Of a stretch of DNA of 64,000 nucleotides, positions 49,241 through 57,987 are shown piece by piece; the first letter of the stretch is position 1, and each line of letters begins with the position of its first letter. The notes beneath the pieces are model-generated. The model had not been told where the DNA came from and made no database searches. It worked only from the letters and a program-made list of their open reading frames with translations. The stretch covers positions 7,973 to 71,972 of the IMG/VR virus record IMGVR_UViG_3300020045_011785; one strand, given 5' to 3'. Source of the stretch: a virus (lineage: Duplodnaviria; Caudoviricetes). Position numbers and translations under genes: made by a program.

Positions 49241-50183
49241 GCTTTTACTTCATATAATGCCTTGGGACATTGATTATGCTTTGCTAACCTTTACTCAATT
49301 AAAAAAATCAAAATACCATTTGCCAAAAGATGTAAATGTAACTATAGATGTTGAATTAAACCTAACAAGTTATTTATATAATTGGGAAGAAAGTAAATTA
49401 CCTAAAGATTATTTTATTGATAAATTTGAAACCTTACTTTTATTACTAAAAGACTATAAAGTAAATAAATTTATATACGATGGAAATGAATTATATGGAC
49501 ACTTAGACCATCAAAGAAAAATTATATCTCCAGAAGTAGATTACTACATGATAGCTTGTCCTGATACTTATTTTAGTGAATATGCTTTAGCTTACTTAAT
49601 TGAATCTGTAAAGCAAATTAACAATAAGTACTTTGTAGTTACTCCTCAAGTATCTAAAGTAGGTGATCCTGATTGGGATAAAATTACAAATCCTAGATAT
49701 GTAAATATTCCATACACTGATTATCTAAAAACAGATGTTTATGATCTTAGATATGAAAATAAAACATCAGACGAGGAAGTAAATTTAAAACTTTTAGGTA
49801 AAAGTAAGTTTGCTGGGTGGTTTGATCTTTATAGTAAAGCATTTTATGAAGAATTATGTCCTGTCCAAGATGATTGGCAAGGATATGGTCCTTGGGATCA
49901 CTACTCAATGATGATAGCTGATTTTGTTAAACATCATGGCGTGGATTTTCAACAATATCTTTTACAAGGAGAAACAATTTGGATGTACCCTTCAGGACCA
50001 TTACTAGAAAACGGAGCAAACGGGTTTACACAATATTATAGAGATAGACTAAAAACAAACGATATTCCAAATCAAAGAAAAACATTTGAATCTAAATTTC
50101 AAGAATATATAAATAAAGGTATTGAACAATTAAAATTAAAAAACATTATTCCCGAATCAGTTTACGCAATATTTCAATCATGA
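49230..50183 (+). CDS. Hypothetical protein in glycan island (possible GT-A)
   Basis: 317 aa, coupled; CPD, FAGWFDL, GYGPWD. Confidence 0.55.
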   Translation: MNIKLLLHIMPWDIDYALLTFTQLKKSKYHLPKDVNVTIDVELNLTSYLYNWEESKLPKDYFIDKFETLLLLLKDYKVNKFIYDGNELYGHLDHQRKIISPEVDYYMIACPDTYFSEYALAYLIESVKQINNKYFVVTPQVSKVGDPDWDKITNPRYVNIPYTDYLKTDVYDLRYENKTSDEEVNLKLLGKSKFAGWFDLYSKAFYEELCPVQDDWQGYGPWDHYSMMIADFVKHHGVDFQQYLLQGETIWMYPSGPLLENGANGFTQYYRDRLKTNDIPNQRKTFESKFQEYINKGIEQLKLKNIIPESVYAIFQS

Positions 50184-51106
50184 TATCACTAATCATACCA
50201 ACCAACAAGACAAACTCAGAATATACCTCTAACATTGTAAAAAATATTAGAGAAATTTATCCTGATGAAAATCAAGTAGAAATTGTAGTATCAGAGGATG
50301 ATACTGTAACTATGGGTGTTAACTATAATAACGCTGTAGCTAAAGCAAAAGGTGAAAAAATCATTTTACTACATAATGACATGGTTATTAAACCAGGTTT
50401 TGTAGAACAAATGGATAAAGACATTGTTAAAGGCAGAATTACAGCTTATACTAGAGTAGAACCACCTACATTCCCTAATGAATTCCCAGGTAAAAAAGTA
50501 GTTGACTGTGGAACAGATTTAGCTTCTTTTAATTATCAAAAATTTTTAGACATTAAAATTGAACATAATTTAATAGAACCAGTTGGTCCATTTGGTGGTG
50601 CTCAAATGTTTTTTGGATGTATGAAAGAAGATTATTTGGGTATTGATGGTTATACTTTTAAACTATTTTGTGAGGATGATGACTTACACCTAAGACATAA
50701 GTTAGCAGGTTACGAACAAAAAGTAAGTTCAGCTCATGTTTACCATTTTGTTAGTAAAACATCTCGTGTAGGTGATTATCAGGTAATTGAAGTAGAATCA
50801 AATAGAAAATTTGTTAAAAAATGGGGCTGTAGAAAATCCCACCACAATGTAGTTTATAATAAAAAACTTATTATTAATGTTTCACTAGATAAAGACACAG
50901 AGGAAGTTTTAAAATGTTGGTTTAATGAAGGAGAAGACATTATTGTTGAAGTAAATAATAATTTTACAGAAGATGATTATAATTATATCCAACAACTAAA
51001 TGATATTATAAAAGAAACAAATGATACTGGAGTTTTTGAATTAGGAAATTTAAAAATAACAGTTAATTCTTTAGAAGAACAACAAAACAAATACATTAGA
51101 CTATGA
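50180..51106 (+). CDS. Glycosyltransferase family 2
   Basis: LIIPT, NNAVAKAKGEKIILLHNDM, FCEDDDL, VYHFVS. Confidence 0.85.
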   Translation: MISLIIPTNKTNSEYTSNIVKNIREIYPDENQVEIVVSEDDTVTMGVNYNNAVAKAKGEKIILLHNDMVIKPGFVEQMDKDIVKGRITAYTRVEPPTFPNEFPGKKVVDCGTDLASFNYQKFLDIKIEHNLIEPVGPFGGAQMFFGCMKEDYLGIDGYTFKLFCEDDDLHLRHKLAGYEQKVSSAHVYHFVSKTSRVGDYQVIEVESNRKFVKKWGCRKSHHNVVYNKKLIINVSLDKDTEEVLKCWFNEGEDIIVEVNNNFTEDDYNYIQQLNDIIKETNDTGVFELGNLKITVNSLEEQQNKYIRL

Positions 51107-51261
51107 TATTCAAGTTTTATAATAGAAACGATAGGAACCAAGAAACAATTGGTCGTGTAGTTACAACCTCAAGGTTACAAGCAGCTAAATTGTTTGCCGA
51201 GCGTAAACAATTACCCCTAAAAGAATTTTTAAAGATATTCGGTGTAACAACTATTTTATGA
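51103..51261 (+). CDS. Small hypothetical protein (52 aa, not in track)
   Basis: ATGA-coupled at both ends; MIFKFYNRNDRNQETIGRV. Confidence 0.55.
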   Translation: MIFKFYNRNDRNQETIGRVVTTSRLQAAKLFAERKQLPLKEFLKIFGVTTIL

Positions 51262-51635
51262 AAAACTTTGGTAAAAATTTAAAAGTTCAACCTAAGAAAA
51301 AAGGTGTGAGCGAGAAAGATTTGTTTATTGATATCATAAACGTTTTTGATGAATGTAATCAGCGTACTGAGGATTTAGAAGAAACGTATATGATGGGCAT
51401 TTCTAATTATGATGAGGCCTTCTACATAATGATTGAGAACTTGCTTTATATACACTATGGTGAGTGGAAAACCGATATTATATTGTGGTGGGTGTATGAT
51501 AGATTTGGACCAGAAGGCGAAATAATGCCTATTGAATTAAACAATCACGATGATAATACTAAAGATGAAGTTATAGTAGAAACAGCAGAACAACTTTGGA
51601 ACTTTTTAAAAAGAATTGATAAATTAGAAAAATAA
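51258..51635 (+). CDS. Hypothetical protein
   Basis: 125 aa. Confidence 0.6.
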   Translation: MKNFGKNLKVQPKKKGVSEKDLFIDIINVFDECNQRTEDLEETYMMGISNYDEAFYIMIENLLYIHYGEWKTDIILWWVYDRFGPEGEIMPIELNNHDDNTKDEVIVETAEQLWNFLKRIDKLEK

Positions 51636-51636
51636 T

Positions 51637-51942
51637 ATGGTTATAAGACATTGTACAGGGTGTGGAGAGCAAATCCATCCCAAACGTTTAGAAATTATGC
51701 CTAACACAACTCGTTGTGTTGCTTGCTCAACAGTACAGAAAAAAGGAGCAGTAACAATTATGAAGGGTGAAGGCGATCACACTTGGGTAGAAACAATTCA
51801 TTTGGAACATGATGAATATAAAAAATATATGGAAGCTGAAAACAAACTCCGTAAAAATGGAGCAGCATTATTTGAAACTCCAGAAACCCCTACAGATATT
51901 CCTTTTGGATTCAGTGAAACTAAATTAGAACCAGATGCCTAA
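51637..51942 (+). CDS. DksA/TraR-type C4 zinc-finger protein
   Basis: CTGCGEQIHPKRLEIMPNTTRCVAC. Confidence 0.75.
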   Translation: MVIRHCTGCGEQIHPKRLEIMPNTTRCVACSTVQKKGAVTIMKGEGDHTWVETIHLEHDEYKKYMEAENKLRKNGAALFETPETPTDIPFGFSETKLEPDA

Positions 51943-51999
51943 AGTCTTGTGACTTTTAAAAATCTCTTAATATTTATAATGGACATAAAAACCATTAAA

Positions 52000-52821
52000 A
52001 TGAATATTAATACAAAAATTTATCTAGTGACTAATTGTTATGGTAATCCTAACTGGGTTTATATAGGTAAAACAATAAATTCTAGAAAAAATACCCATAA
52101 AAAAACTTATGGGGATCAAATAGAATATACATACATAGATGAAGTAAACAGTTTATTTCATAATGATTGGGAATCCTTAGAAACATATTGGATGGAACAA
52201 TTTAAAGCTTGGGGGTTCGAAATAATGAATATTAGGAAAAAAGGGGGAAGTGGTCCTTCTTTTCAAACATCTGAGGTAAAACTTAATATTGGAAAAGGTA
52301 ATCTTGGAAAGAAAAAACCAGGAGTTAGTAAGGCTTTAAAGGGAGGAAAAAGTTGGCACAAACCTGACACAGGAGATAAAATAAGTAAATCTAAACAAGG
52401 TATGAAATTAACGGAAGAATGGAAGCACAAAATTAGTGAAAGTACTAAAGGTAATACAAATCGTTTAGGTGATAAACAATCTTCTGAAACTAAGGATAAA
52501 ATTAGTAAAGCTTTAAAGGGTAAAAAACGAACTGAAGAAACAATCCAAAAAATGAAAAAACCTAGACCAGATTCTTCTAACTTTGGAAAACATAGAAAAG
52601 GAGTAAAGGCAAGTGAAGAAACTTTAAAAAAACAAAAACAAGCAAAACATCATCTTTTAAAGCCTGTTATCCAATATAATAAACAAGGTAATATTATTGG
52701 GGAATTTGATGGAGTAAGAGAAGCCTCAAGACAAACAGGATGTTATGACTCTGCAATAACTTTATGTTGTCAAGGAAAATTAAAAACAACAAAAGGATTT
52801 ATTTTTAAATATAAAAACTAA
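52000..52821 (+). CDS. GIY-YIG homing endonuclease with NUMOD3 repeats and NUMOD1-like domain
   Basis: KIYLVTNC...VYIGKT; repeated KISxSxxG; PVIQYNKQG...GFIFKY; start at 51979 or 52000. Confidence 0.8.
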   Translation: MNINTKIYLVTNCYGNPNWVYIGKTINSRKNTHKKTYGDQIEYTYIDEVNSLFHNDWESLETYWMEQFKAWGFEIMNIRKKGGSGPSFQTSEVKLNIGKGNLGKKKPGVSKALKGGKSWHKPDTGDKISKSKQGMKLTEEWKHKISESTKGNTNRLGDKQSSETKDKISKALKGKKRTEETIQKMKKPRPDSSNFGKHRKGVKASEETLKKQKQAKHHLLKPVIQYNKQGNIIGEFDGVREASRQTGCYDSAITLCCQGKLKTTKGFIFKYKN

Positions 52822-52825
52822 AACA

Positions 52826-53470
52826 ATGCCAAAAGCCAAACCGTTAACACATGAGATGATAAGAGCCGCTATGGCTAAAACTAAATCTAATAAAGCAAGT
52901 GCTAGATACCTTAATGTTTCATATATTCATTATAAACGTTGGGCTAAAACATATGAAGCTACAGAACCAGGTTATCCAAATTTATTCGAACAACATAAAA
53001 ACCAATCAGGTAAAGGTATACCTAAGTTTTTAAGTAATGGTAATCCAAGAAAAGATTTTGCACTACTAGATTTAATTGAAGGTAGAATTGACCCATCATC
53101 TTTTAATCCAGCTAAAATTAAGTACCGCTTAATTCAAGAGGGTTATTTACAAGAGGAATGTACCTCGTGTGGTTTTCATGAACGTAGAGTACTGGATTAT
53201 AAAATGCCCTTAATTATGAATTTCAAAGATGGTAACAAACAACATTACCGACTTGAAAACATACAATTATTATGTTACAATTGTTATTATCTTCAAATTG
53301 GGGATTTATTTACAGGTAAACAACTTGAGGGTATGGAAGATCACGTATCTAAAAATGAATCACAAGTTGATTGGGAGGTAGATGATTATACTGCTCAACG
53401 ACTTAAAGAATTAGGTTTATATGATTCAAAGCCCGTTGATGATGGTAGTGAATATATTTCTCGCTTTTAA
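52826..53470 (+). CDS. HTH + degenerate HNH zinc-finger protein
   Basis: N-terminal SNKASARYLNVSYIHYKRWAK; CTSC...MNFKDGN...NIQLLCYNC. Confidence 0.65.
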   Translation: MPKAKPLTHEMIRAAMAKTKSNKASARYLNVSYIHYKRWAKTYEATEPGYPNLFEQHKNQSGKGIPKFLSNGNPRKDFALLDLIEGRIDPSSFNPAKIKYRLIQEGYLQEECTSCGFHERRVLDYKMPLIMNFKDGNKQHYRLENIQLLCYNCYYLQIGDLFTGKQLEGMEDHVSKNESQVDWEVDDYTAQRLKELGLYDSKPVDDGSEYISRF

Positions 53471-53481
53471 TATTTATAATC

Positions 53482-53667
53482 ATGGTTAAAAAAATACCAT
53501 TGCTAAAAAAAGGTAAGCATAAAAAACACGATGCTATTGTAAACGATTTTGAAGCACAAAAAAACAAACACCTTGAAAAATTAGCAACAAAGAGCTTGGC
53601 TGAGCAAGAAAAACTTAGTAAATTGAAGGAAAAGAACATTAAAACAGATTTTTTTAAATTATTTTAA
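53482..53667 (+). CDS. Small basic hypothetical protein
   Basis: 61 aa, late-type motif upstream. Confidence 0.55.
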   Translation: MVKKIPLLKKGKHKKHDAIVNDFEAQKNKHLEKLATKSLAEQEKLSKLKEKNIKTDFFKLF

Positions 53668-53668
53668 C

Positions 53669-54001
53669 ATGGTAGCAGAAATCACAGTCAACAACACAGA
53701 AGAGTTCCAAGAACTAGTAGACAATAAAGACTTTAGAATAGCTAAAGCTATTGTAGAAGGTATTTTAGACAATGTAAAGTCAAAGAAAAAATACATTCAC
53801 GTTTTATCTATTACTTGCCTTGAGGAAGGAGAAATATATGATATTACTGTTGAACGTAAACACTTTATTGAAACATTAGAGGAAAATTTACCTTATTACA
53901 TTAGGGAAGAACAGTACGAGGGATGTCAACGTATTGTAAATACCATTAATGAGCTTAAAAATCCTGTTGTTAAACAAAGAGGAAGACCAAAGAAATCTTA
54001 A
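53669..54001 (+). CDS. Hypothetical protein
   Basis: 110 aa; C-terminal EQYEGCQRI helix and RGRPKK. Confidence 0.6.
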   Translation: MVAEITVNNTEEFQELVDNKDFRIAKAIVEGILDNVKSKKKYIHVLSITCLEEGEIYDITVERKHFIETLEENLPYYIREEQYEGCQRIVNTINELKNPVVKQRGRPKKS

Positions 54002-54006
54002 TTTAA

Positions 54007-54038
54007 CTTGGCAAGTCAAAATCTTGTCATTATATTTA
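54007..54038 (+). promoter_or_regulatory. Bacteroidota-type promoter for TM + SLT pair
   Basis: CTTG-N20-TATATTTA. Confidence 0.6.
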
Positions 54039-54055
54039 CAACAAAAATAAATGTT

Positions 54056-54373
54056 ATGAAAAATTTAATCACAGAAGAGTTCAAAGAAAAGTTCAAAACA
54101 GCATTTGCTCGTTTTATGAATGTCACCATTGTAGCATCAACTTTGATTGCTGGTTTTGGTTTGGGTTACTACTTTCAGGAATTGAAAATGAAACCACAAG
54201 CAGTAAACGAAACTATCTTGAATAAAGAAGTTCGAATTGCTGTTGACTCAGAAAACAAACTAATAATTATGGACCGCAAAACAGGTCAATATATTATTTA
54301 TAGTGATTCTGTAGGTAGTGCCATCTTTAAAATGTATGCAGCTAAAATTGCATCACCTGTATTAACTAAATAA
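54056..54373 (+). CDS. Single-TM membrane protein
   Basis: GTT-ATG at 54056 after promoter 54007; TM VTIVASTLIAGFGLGYYF. Confidence 0.65.
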   Translation: MKNLITEEFKEKFKTAFARFMNVTIVASTLIAGFGLGYYFQELKMKPQAVNETILNKEVRIAVDSENKLIIMDRKTGQYIIYSDSVGSAIFKMYAAKIASPVLTK

Positions 54374-54909
54374 TGAAAACTATGTTTGCTAAATTGAGAA
54401 ATTGGTATTTTATTATCATCTTAGGAATTATTACTTTAATGTATTTTAATATTAATAGGAAAATTGATGAGTTTGAAGACCGTTTAGATTTAGCAACAGG
54501 AACCATCTCACTCCAGATGTACGAGTCAATTGAACACTGGAGTGATAGTTTCAATATTCCAAAACACATTGCTTATAACGTAGCTTATCTTGAAACACGT
54601 TATAGAGGACCATTTGATTTTGATTACAATCCATATCAAACATCATTTGCTGGTGCTGTTGGTCCAATGCAAATTATTACTAGATGGGCTAGACCATATG
54701 TTAGAAAGCGTTTGAGTGAAAAAGAATTAAAAACTAACATTGATTTAAACGTTAAAATTAGTATGCAAATGCTTCGTAAATGGCATTCAATTCATAGAGA
54801 CTGGACATTGGCTTGTGGTGCTTATAATTCAGGCAGTCCAATTAGAAATGAGTATGCTGTTTATGCAACTACTAATAAAGATTACAAGAGTAAATGGGAG
54901 AGACTTTAA
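54373..54909 (+). CDS. N-terminally anchored lytic transglycosylase (SLT/GH23)
   Basis: TM WYFIIILGIITLMYF; LET (catalytic Glu), GAVGPMQI, AYNSG. Confidence 0.82.
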   Translation: MKTMFAKLRNWYFIIILGIITLMYFNINRKIDEFEDRLDLATGTISLQMYESIEHWSDSFNIPKHIAYNVAYLETRYRGPFDFDYNPYQTSFAGAVGPMQIITRWARPYVRKRLSEKELKTNIDLNVKISMQMLRKWHSIHRDWTLACGAYNSGSPIRNEYAVYATTNKDYKSKWERL

Positions 54910-54955
54910 ATCCTTGTTCAATCTTTATTCTTCTTTTAATATTTATAATAAATAA

Positions 54956-55105
54956 ATGGGACGTTTAAAAAAATATCTAACTGAAGAAGAAAAGTTAGTT
55001 GTTAAAAAACAACGTGCTTATGATTATTATTGGAAGAATAAAGAAAAACAAGATGAAAGAGCAAAACAACGATATTGGACTAACAAAAATATATCTCGTG
55101 ACTAA
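54956..55105 (+). CDS. Small charged helical ORF overlapping the next endonuclease (49 aa, not in track)
   Basis: MGRLKKYLTEEEK...AYDYYWKNKEKQDERAKQRYW; starts 9 nt after the late-type motif. Confidence 0.55.
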   Translation: MGRLKKYLTEEEKLVVKKQRAYDYYWKNKEKQDERAKQRYWTNKNISRD

Positions 55106-55634
55106 TTGTTATAATAATCCTAATTGGGTTTACATAGGTAAAACAAAAAATTCTAGAGAACAACCCCACAAATTAAAATATGGGAATCAAATAGAATATA
55201 CTTACATTGATGAGGTAAATTCTTTAGATAGAAAAGATTGGAAACTTTTAGAATCATATTGGATTAGCCAGTTTAAAGCATGGGGATTTGAAGTTTTAAA
55301 TAAAAACGAAGGAGGAGGTGGACTATCTTTCCTTTCAGATGAAACTAAAATTAGATTAAGTCAAAAAAGAAAAGGAAAAAAAAGAGATGAAAAAACTAAA
55401 ATTAAAATTTCTAACACTATGAAAGGAAAAAATGTATGGAGTAAAGGAAAACCAAATATTTCTTTACATAAAGCCATTAACCAATATGATTTAGAAGGTA
55501 ATTTTATAAAAGAATGGTCCACAACTCAAGAAGCAGCTTGTTTTTATAATATTCAAAAAGGCCATATATGTAATGCTTTAAAAGGTAGGTCTAAAAGTAG
55601 TAATGGTTTTATTTGGAAGTATAAAAATAATTAA
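55053..55634 (+). CDS. GIY-YIG homing endonuclease with NUMOD3/NUMOD1-like tail
   Basis: KIYLVTNCYNNPNWVYIGKT, NEGGGG, INQYDLEGNFIKEW, GFIWKY; ATG at 55053. Confidence 0.8.
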   Translation: MKEQNNDIGLTKIYLVTNCYNNPNWVYIGKTKNSREQPHKLKYGNQIEYTYIDEVNSLDRKDWKLLESYWISQFKAWGFEVLNKNEGGGGLSFLSDETKIRLSQKRKGKKRDEKTKIKISNTMKGKNVWSKGKPNISLHKAINQYDLEGNFIKEWSTTQEAACFYNIQKGHICNALKGRSKSSNGFIWKYKNN

Positions 55635-55666
55635 TTATATTTAAAAGTCATGTATGTATTACCATC

Positions 55667-55822
55667 ATGGCAGCAGCAAAATCTAAAAAAACATCAATAA
55701 GCGCTTCATCGCTTTACAAAGAAAAACCTAAAAAATCTCGCAAAGGTATTCATGCAAAGACTAAAATGTCTAAAAATAAGGGCTCTAAAAACTATGTTAA
55801 AGTATCAGTAGGTCAAGGTTAA
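55667..55822 (+). CDS. Small highly basic protein (51 aa, not in track)
   Basis: MAAAKSKKTSISASSLYKEKPKKSRKGIHAKTKMSKNKGSKNYVKVSVGQG. Confidence 0.6.
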   Translation: MAAAKSKKTSISASSLYKEKPKKSRKGIHAKTKMSKNKGSKNYVKVSVGQG

Positions 55823-55823
55823 A

Positions 55824-55931
55824 ATGTCAAACACATCCCGTTACACTAGAAGTAGAAAACAAGCAAAAAAATTCAATAAACGAATTCAAGAAAATAACAA
55901 AGTTTTAAATAAAGCAAAAAGTAATGAGTAA
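55824..55931 (+). CDS. Small basic peptide (35 aa, not in track)
   Basis: MSNTSRYTRSRKQAKKFNKRIQENNKVLNKAKSNE; fills gap between ORFs. Confidence 0.4.
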   Translation: MSNTSRYTRSRKQAKKFNKRIQENNKVLNKAKSNE

Positions 55932-56463
55932 AACAAGTAACAATCAAAAGTTAGCAGTTCTGAAAATTTGGTTAGAAGAACTTAAGCGCAAAGGAAAAAT
56001 CGCTTATTTAGCAAACCCAAATACAATATTCTCAATTTACAACCATTATGATTCTTACCCAGAACATTTGGGTACAGCATTAACTTCTCACTTTAATTCA
56101 GACAGTGATGCAGAAGATATAGTAATGAATGGTGGTGATATTAGATCCATTGATGATGATGGAACAGTAGACCGTTTTGATAAAGGTGGAGCTAAGCAAA
56201 TTAAAGGCGAAGAACCAGAAGATTTATTTAACTACTTATATGACCATTCAGATGGTTCTGGAGCAGATTATGTTTATGTTTGGTTAGAAGATAAATGGAT
56301 CACTCTTCCTATGAACAAAGGTAGAGAATATTTTGTAGGTACTCTACTTGATTCAATCAGAAAATCAGAACCAGCTATGGAAGCTAAAGACGAAATGAGT
56401 GAAGAAGAATTAAACGAAATATTCGTTCGCCAAATGAAATATAAAGCAGGTATTATTAAATAA
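55924..56463 (+). CDS. Hypothetical protein
   Basis: SIYNHYDSYPEHLG, DYVYVW; ends RQMKYKAGIIK. Confidence 0.65.
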   Translation: MSKTSNNQKLAVLKIWLEELKRKGKIAYLANPNTIFSIYNHYDSYPEHLGTALTSHFNSDSDAEDIVMNGGDIRSIDDDGTVDRFDKGGAKQIKGEEPEDLFNYLYDHSDGSGADYVYVWLEDKWITLPMNKGREYFVGTLLDSIRKSEPAMEAKDEMSEEELNEIFVRQMKYKAGIIK

Positions 56464-56484
56464 CTTAGAATAATTCTAAATGAA

Positions 56485-56513
56485 AAAGGGATTTGGCTTT
56501 GTCGGATCCCTTT
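56485..56513 (+). terminator. Terminator-like hairpin overlapping a promoter
   Basis: AAAGGGATTTGGC-TTT-GTCGGATCCCTTT. Confidence 0.6.
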
Positions 56514-56523
56514 CGTATATTAA
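56492..56523 (+). promoter_or_regulatory. Bacteroidota-type promoter
   Basis: TTTG-N20-TATATTAA. Confidence 0.65.
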
Positions 56524-56527
56524 CGAC

Positions 56528-56668
56528 ATGATGAAAGAGCAAGACAAATTTAATGGTTTATCAAAAGGTCAAGTGAAACAAATCATTAGACGTAATATGA
56601 TTACCAAGAAAAAAGAAAGTGTACATATTTATAAGCGTAAACCAAGAACGCAAAAATATGAAGAATAA
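56528..56668 (+). CDS. Small basic hypothetical protein
   Basis: ATG just downstream of promoter 56492-56523. Confidence 0.45.
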   Translation: MMKEQDKFNGLSKGQVKQIIRRNMITKKKESVHIYKRKPRTQKYEE

Positions 56669-57269
56669 AAAAGAATATGATAAACTTTATTATCAACAAA
56701 ACAAAGAACGTCTTAAAAAAGAAGCATTAGAACGATATAATAATAATACTGAGTATTATAAACAAAAATTTAAGGAATCTTATTTGACTGAAACTCAAGA
56801 ACAACGAGACAAACGTAAACAAAAAACTGTTGAATGGATTGACACTAATAAAGAATTAGTTAATAAAAAGAATTTAGAATATTATTATAAAAATAAAGAA
56901 ACTTTATTACCTAATATTATAAAATATCATCATAATAAGTATAAAACCAATCCTCTTCACAAACTTAGAACTATATTGTCTGTTGCCATAAATCAACAAT
57001 TAAAAAGTATAAATAGTATTAAAAATAAACGATCATTAGAAATAGTAGGATTAGAAAGTTGGGAACTATTAAAAGAACACATTGAACATCAATGGATTGA
57101 AGGTATGGATTGGACCAATTATGGAAATAAAAAAGAATCATGGAGTATTGACCACATAATTCCTATCAGCACAGCCCAAACAGAAGAAGAGGTTTATAAA
57201 TTAAATCATTATACTAATCTAAGACCGATGTGGCATATTGATAATATTAAAAAAGGAAATAAAATTTAA
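56658..57269 (+). CDS. HNH homing endonuclease with helical YYxxNKE repeats
   Basis: WSIDHIIP...LNHYTNLRPMWHIDNIKKGN; ATG at 56658. Confidence 0.8.
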   Translation: MKNKKEYDKLYYQQNKERLKKEALERYNNNTEYYKQKFKESYLTETQEQRDKRKQKTVEWIDTNKELVNKKNLEYYYKNKETLLPNIIKYHHNKYKTNPLHKLRTILSVAINQQLKSINSIKNKRSLEIVGLESWELLKEHIEHQWIEGMDWTNYGNKKESWSIDHIIPISTAQTEEEVYKLNHYTNLRPMWHIDNIKKGNKI

Positions 57270-57276
57270 AAAAAGA

Positions 57277-57308
57277 TTTGGCTCCCCAAAATAAAGTTCG
57301 TATATTCA
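57277..57308 (+). promoter_or_regulatory. Bacteroidota-type promoter
   Basis: TTTG-N20-TATATTCA. Confidence 0.65.
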
Positions 57309-57327
57309 CGGTATAGAAATAAAGGTT

Positions 57328-57486
57328 ATGAAAAAAAATAAATTCAAAGAAATCAGTGATAAGTTAAAACAATTACAAAAAGATAATCGTTTAACTAAAG
57401 ATGAAGTTGATGAGTTAAAAGGTCTTATTCGTTATTTTGGCGATGATGAATGGAGTAAGGGTGCTAAAAGTGGTTTTTTAAGATAA
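57328..57486 (+). CDS. Small hypothetical protein (52 aa, not in track)
   Basis: GTT-ATG after promoter 57277. Confidence 0.5.
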   Translation: MKKNKFKEISDKLKQLQKDNRLTKDEVDELKGLIRYFGDDEWSKGAKSGFLR

Positions 57487-57505
57487 TAATTAAAAAATAA
57501 AGGTT

Positions 57506-57685
57506 ATGGCAAATTTAGAAAATATTAAAAGAGCAATTGAGTTACAAAAAGAAGCAAATCACCAAATTGATATGTTAGGTGAAGCTGATGAAACAGTTGT
57601 GTTTGAAATGCTAGAATTAGTTGATGGTTTTAGTTTAGAAGATTGTGCAATGTTTATGGAATTGTGGGAGGAGGAAGGATTATGA
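57506..57685 (+). CDS. Small acidic hypothetical protein (59 aa, not in track)
   Basis: GTT-ATG start. Confidence 0.5.
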   Translation: MANLENIKRAIELQKEANHQIDMLGEADETVVFEMLELVDGFSLEDCAMFMELWEEEGL

Positions 57686-57755
57686 TAGTATTTTTGTTAA
57701 TATTAGTGTTGTTGTATTTAGAGTCAATCAATAATAAATTAAAAAAATAAAAGTT

Positions 57756-57983
57756 ATGAAAAAAACAAATGTAATTACCCCAATGTGGCAAAATTGCCAA
57801 TCAATTCTTAAATCTGGTGATTTAGAATTAGCCGATAATAAATTAATGGAATTAGTTTGGAAACTAGCCGACTACACAATGGAAGGTTTTAAAGATACCG
57901 ACCAAATTGAAGGTGTAAAGCTCGAAACATGGAAAGAGCGTGTATGGTTTGCTATTGAAAACGCTGGTTTGTTACCCGAATAA
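57756..57983 (+). CDS. Hypothetical protein
   Basis: 75 aa, GTT-ATG start. Confidence 0.55.
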   Translation: MKKTNVITPMWQNCQSILKSGDLELADNKLMELVWKLADYTMEGFKDTDQIEGVKLETWKERVWFAIENAGLLPE

Positions 57984-57987
57984 AATT

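Larger units (their letters stand above)
56465..56523. repeat. Dispersed ~60-bp element, copy 2
   Basis: TTAGAAT-A-ATTCTAA then atgaaaaagggatttggctttgtc...gtatatt. Confidence 0.75.

Noticed and set aside
55924-56000. Possible fusion of a small ORF to the downstream conserved domain
   Set aside because: Suggested only by a change in sequence character; it needs homologue alignments that I cannot run.
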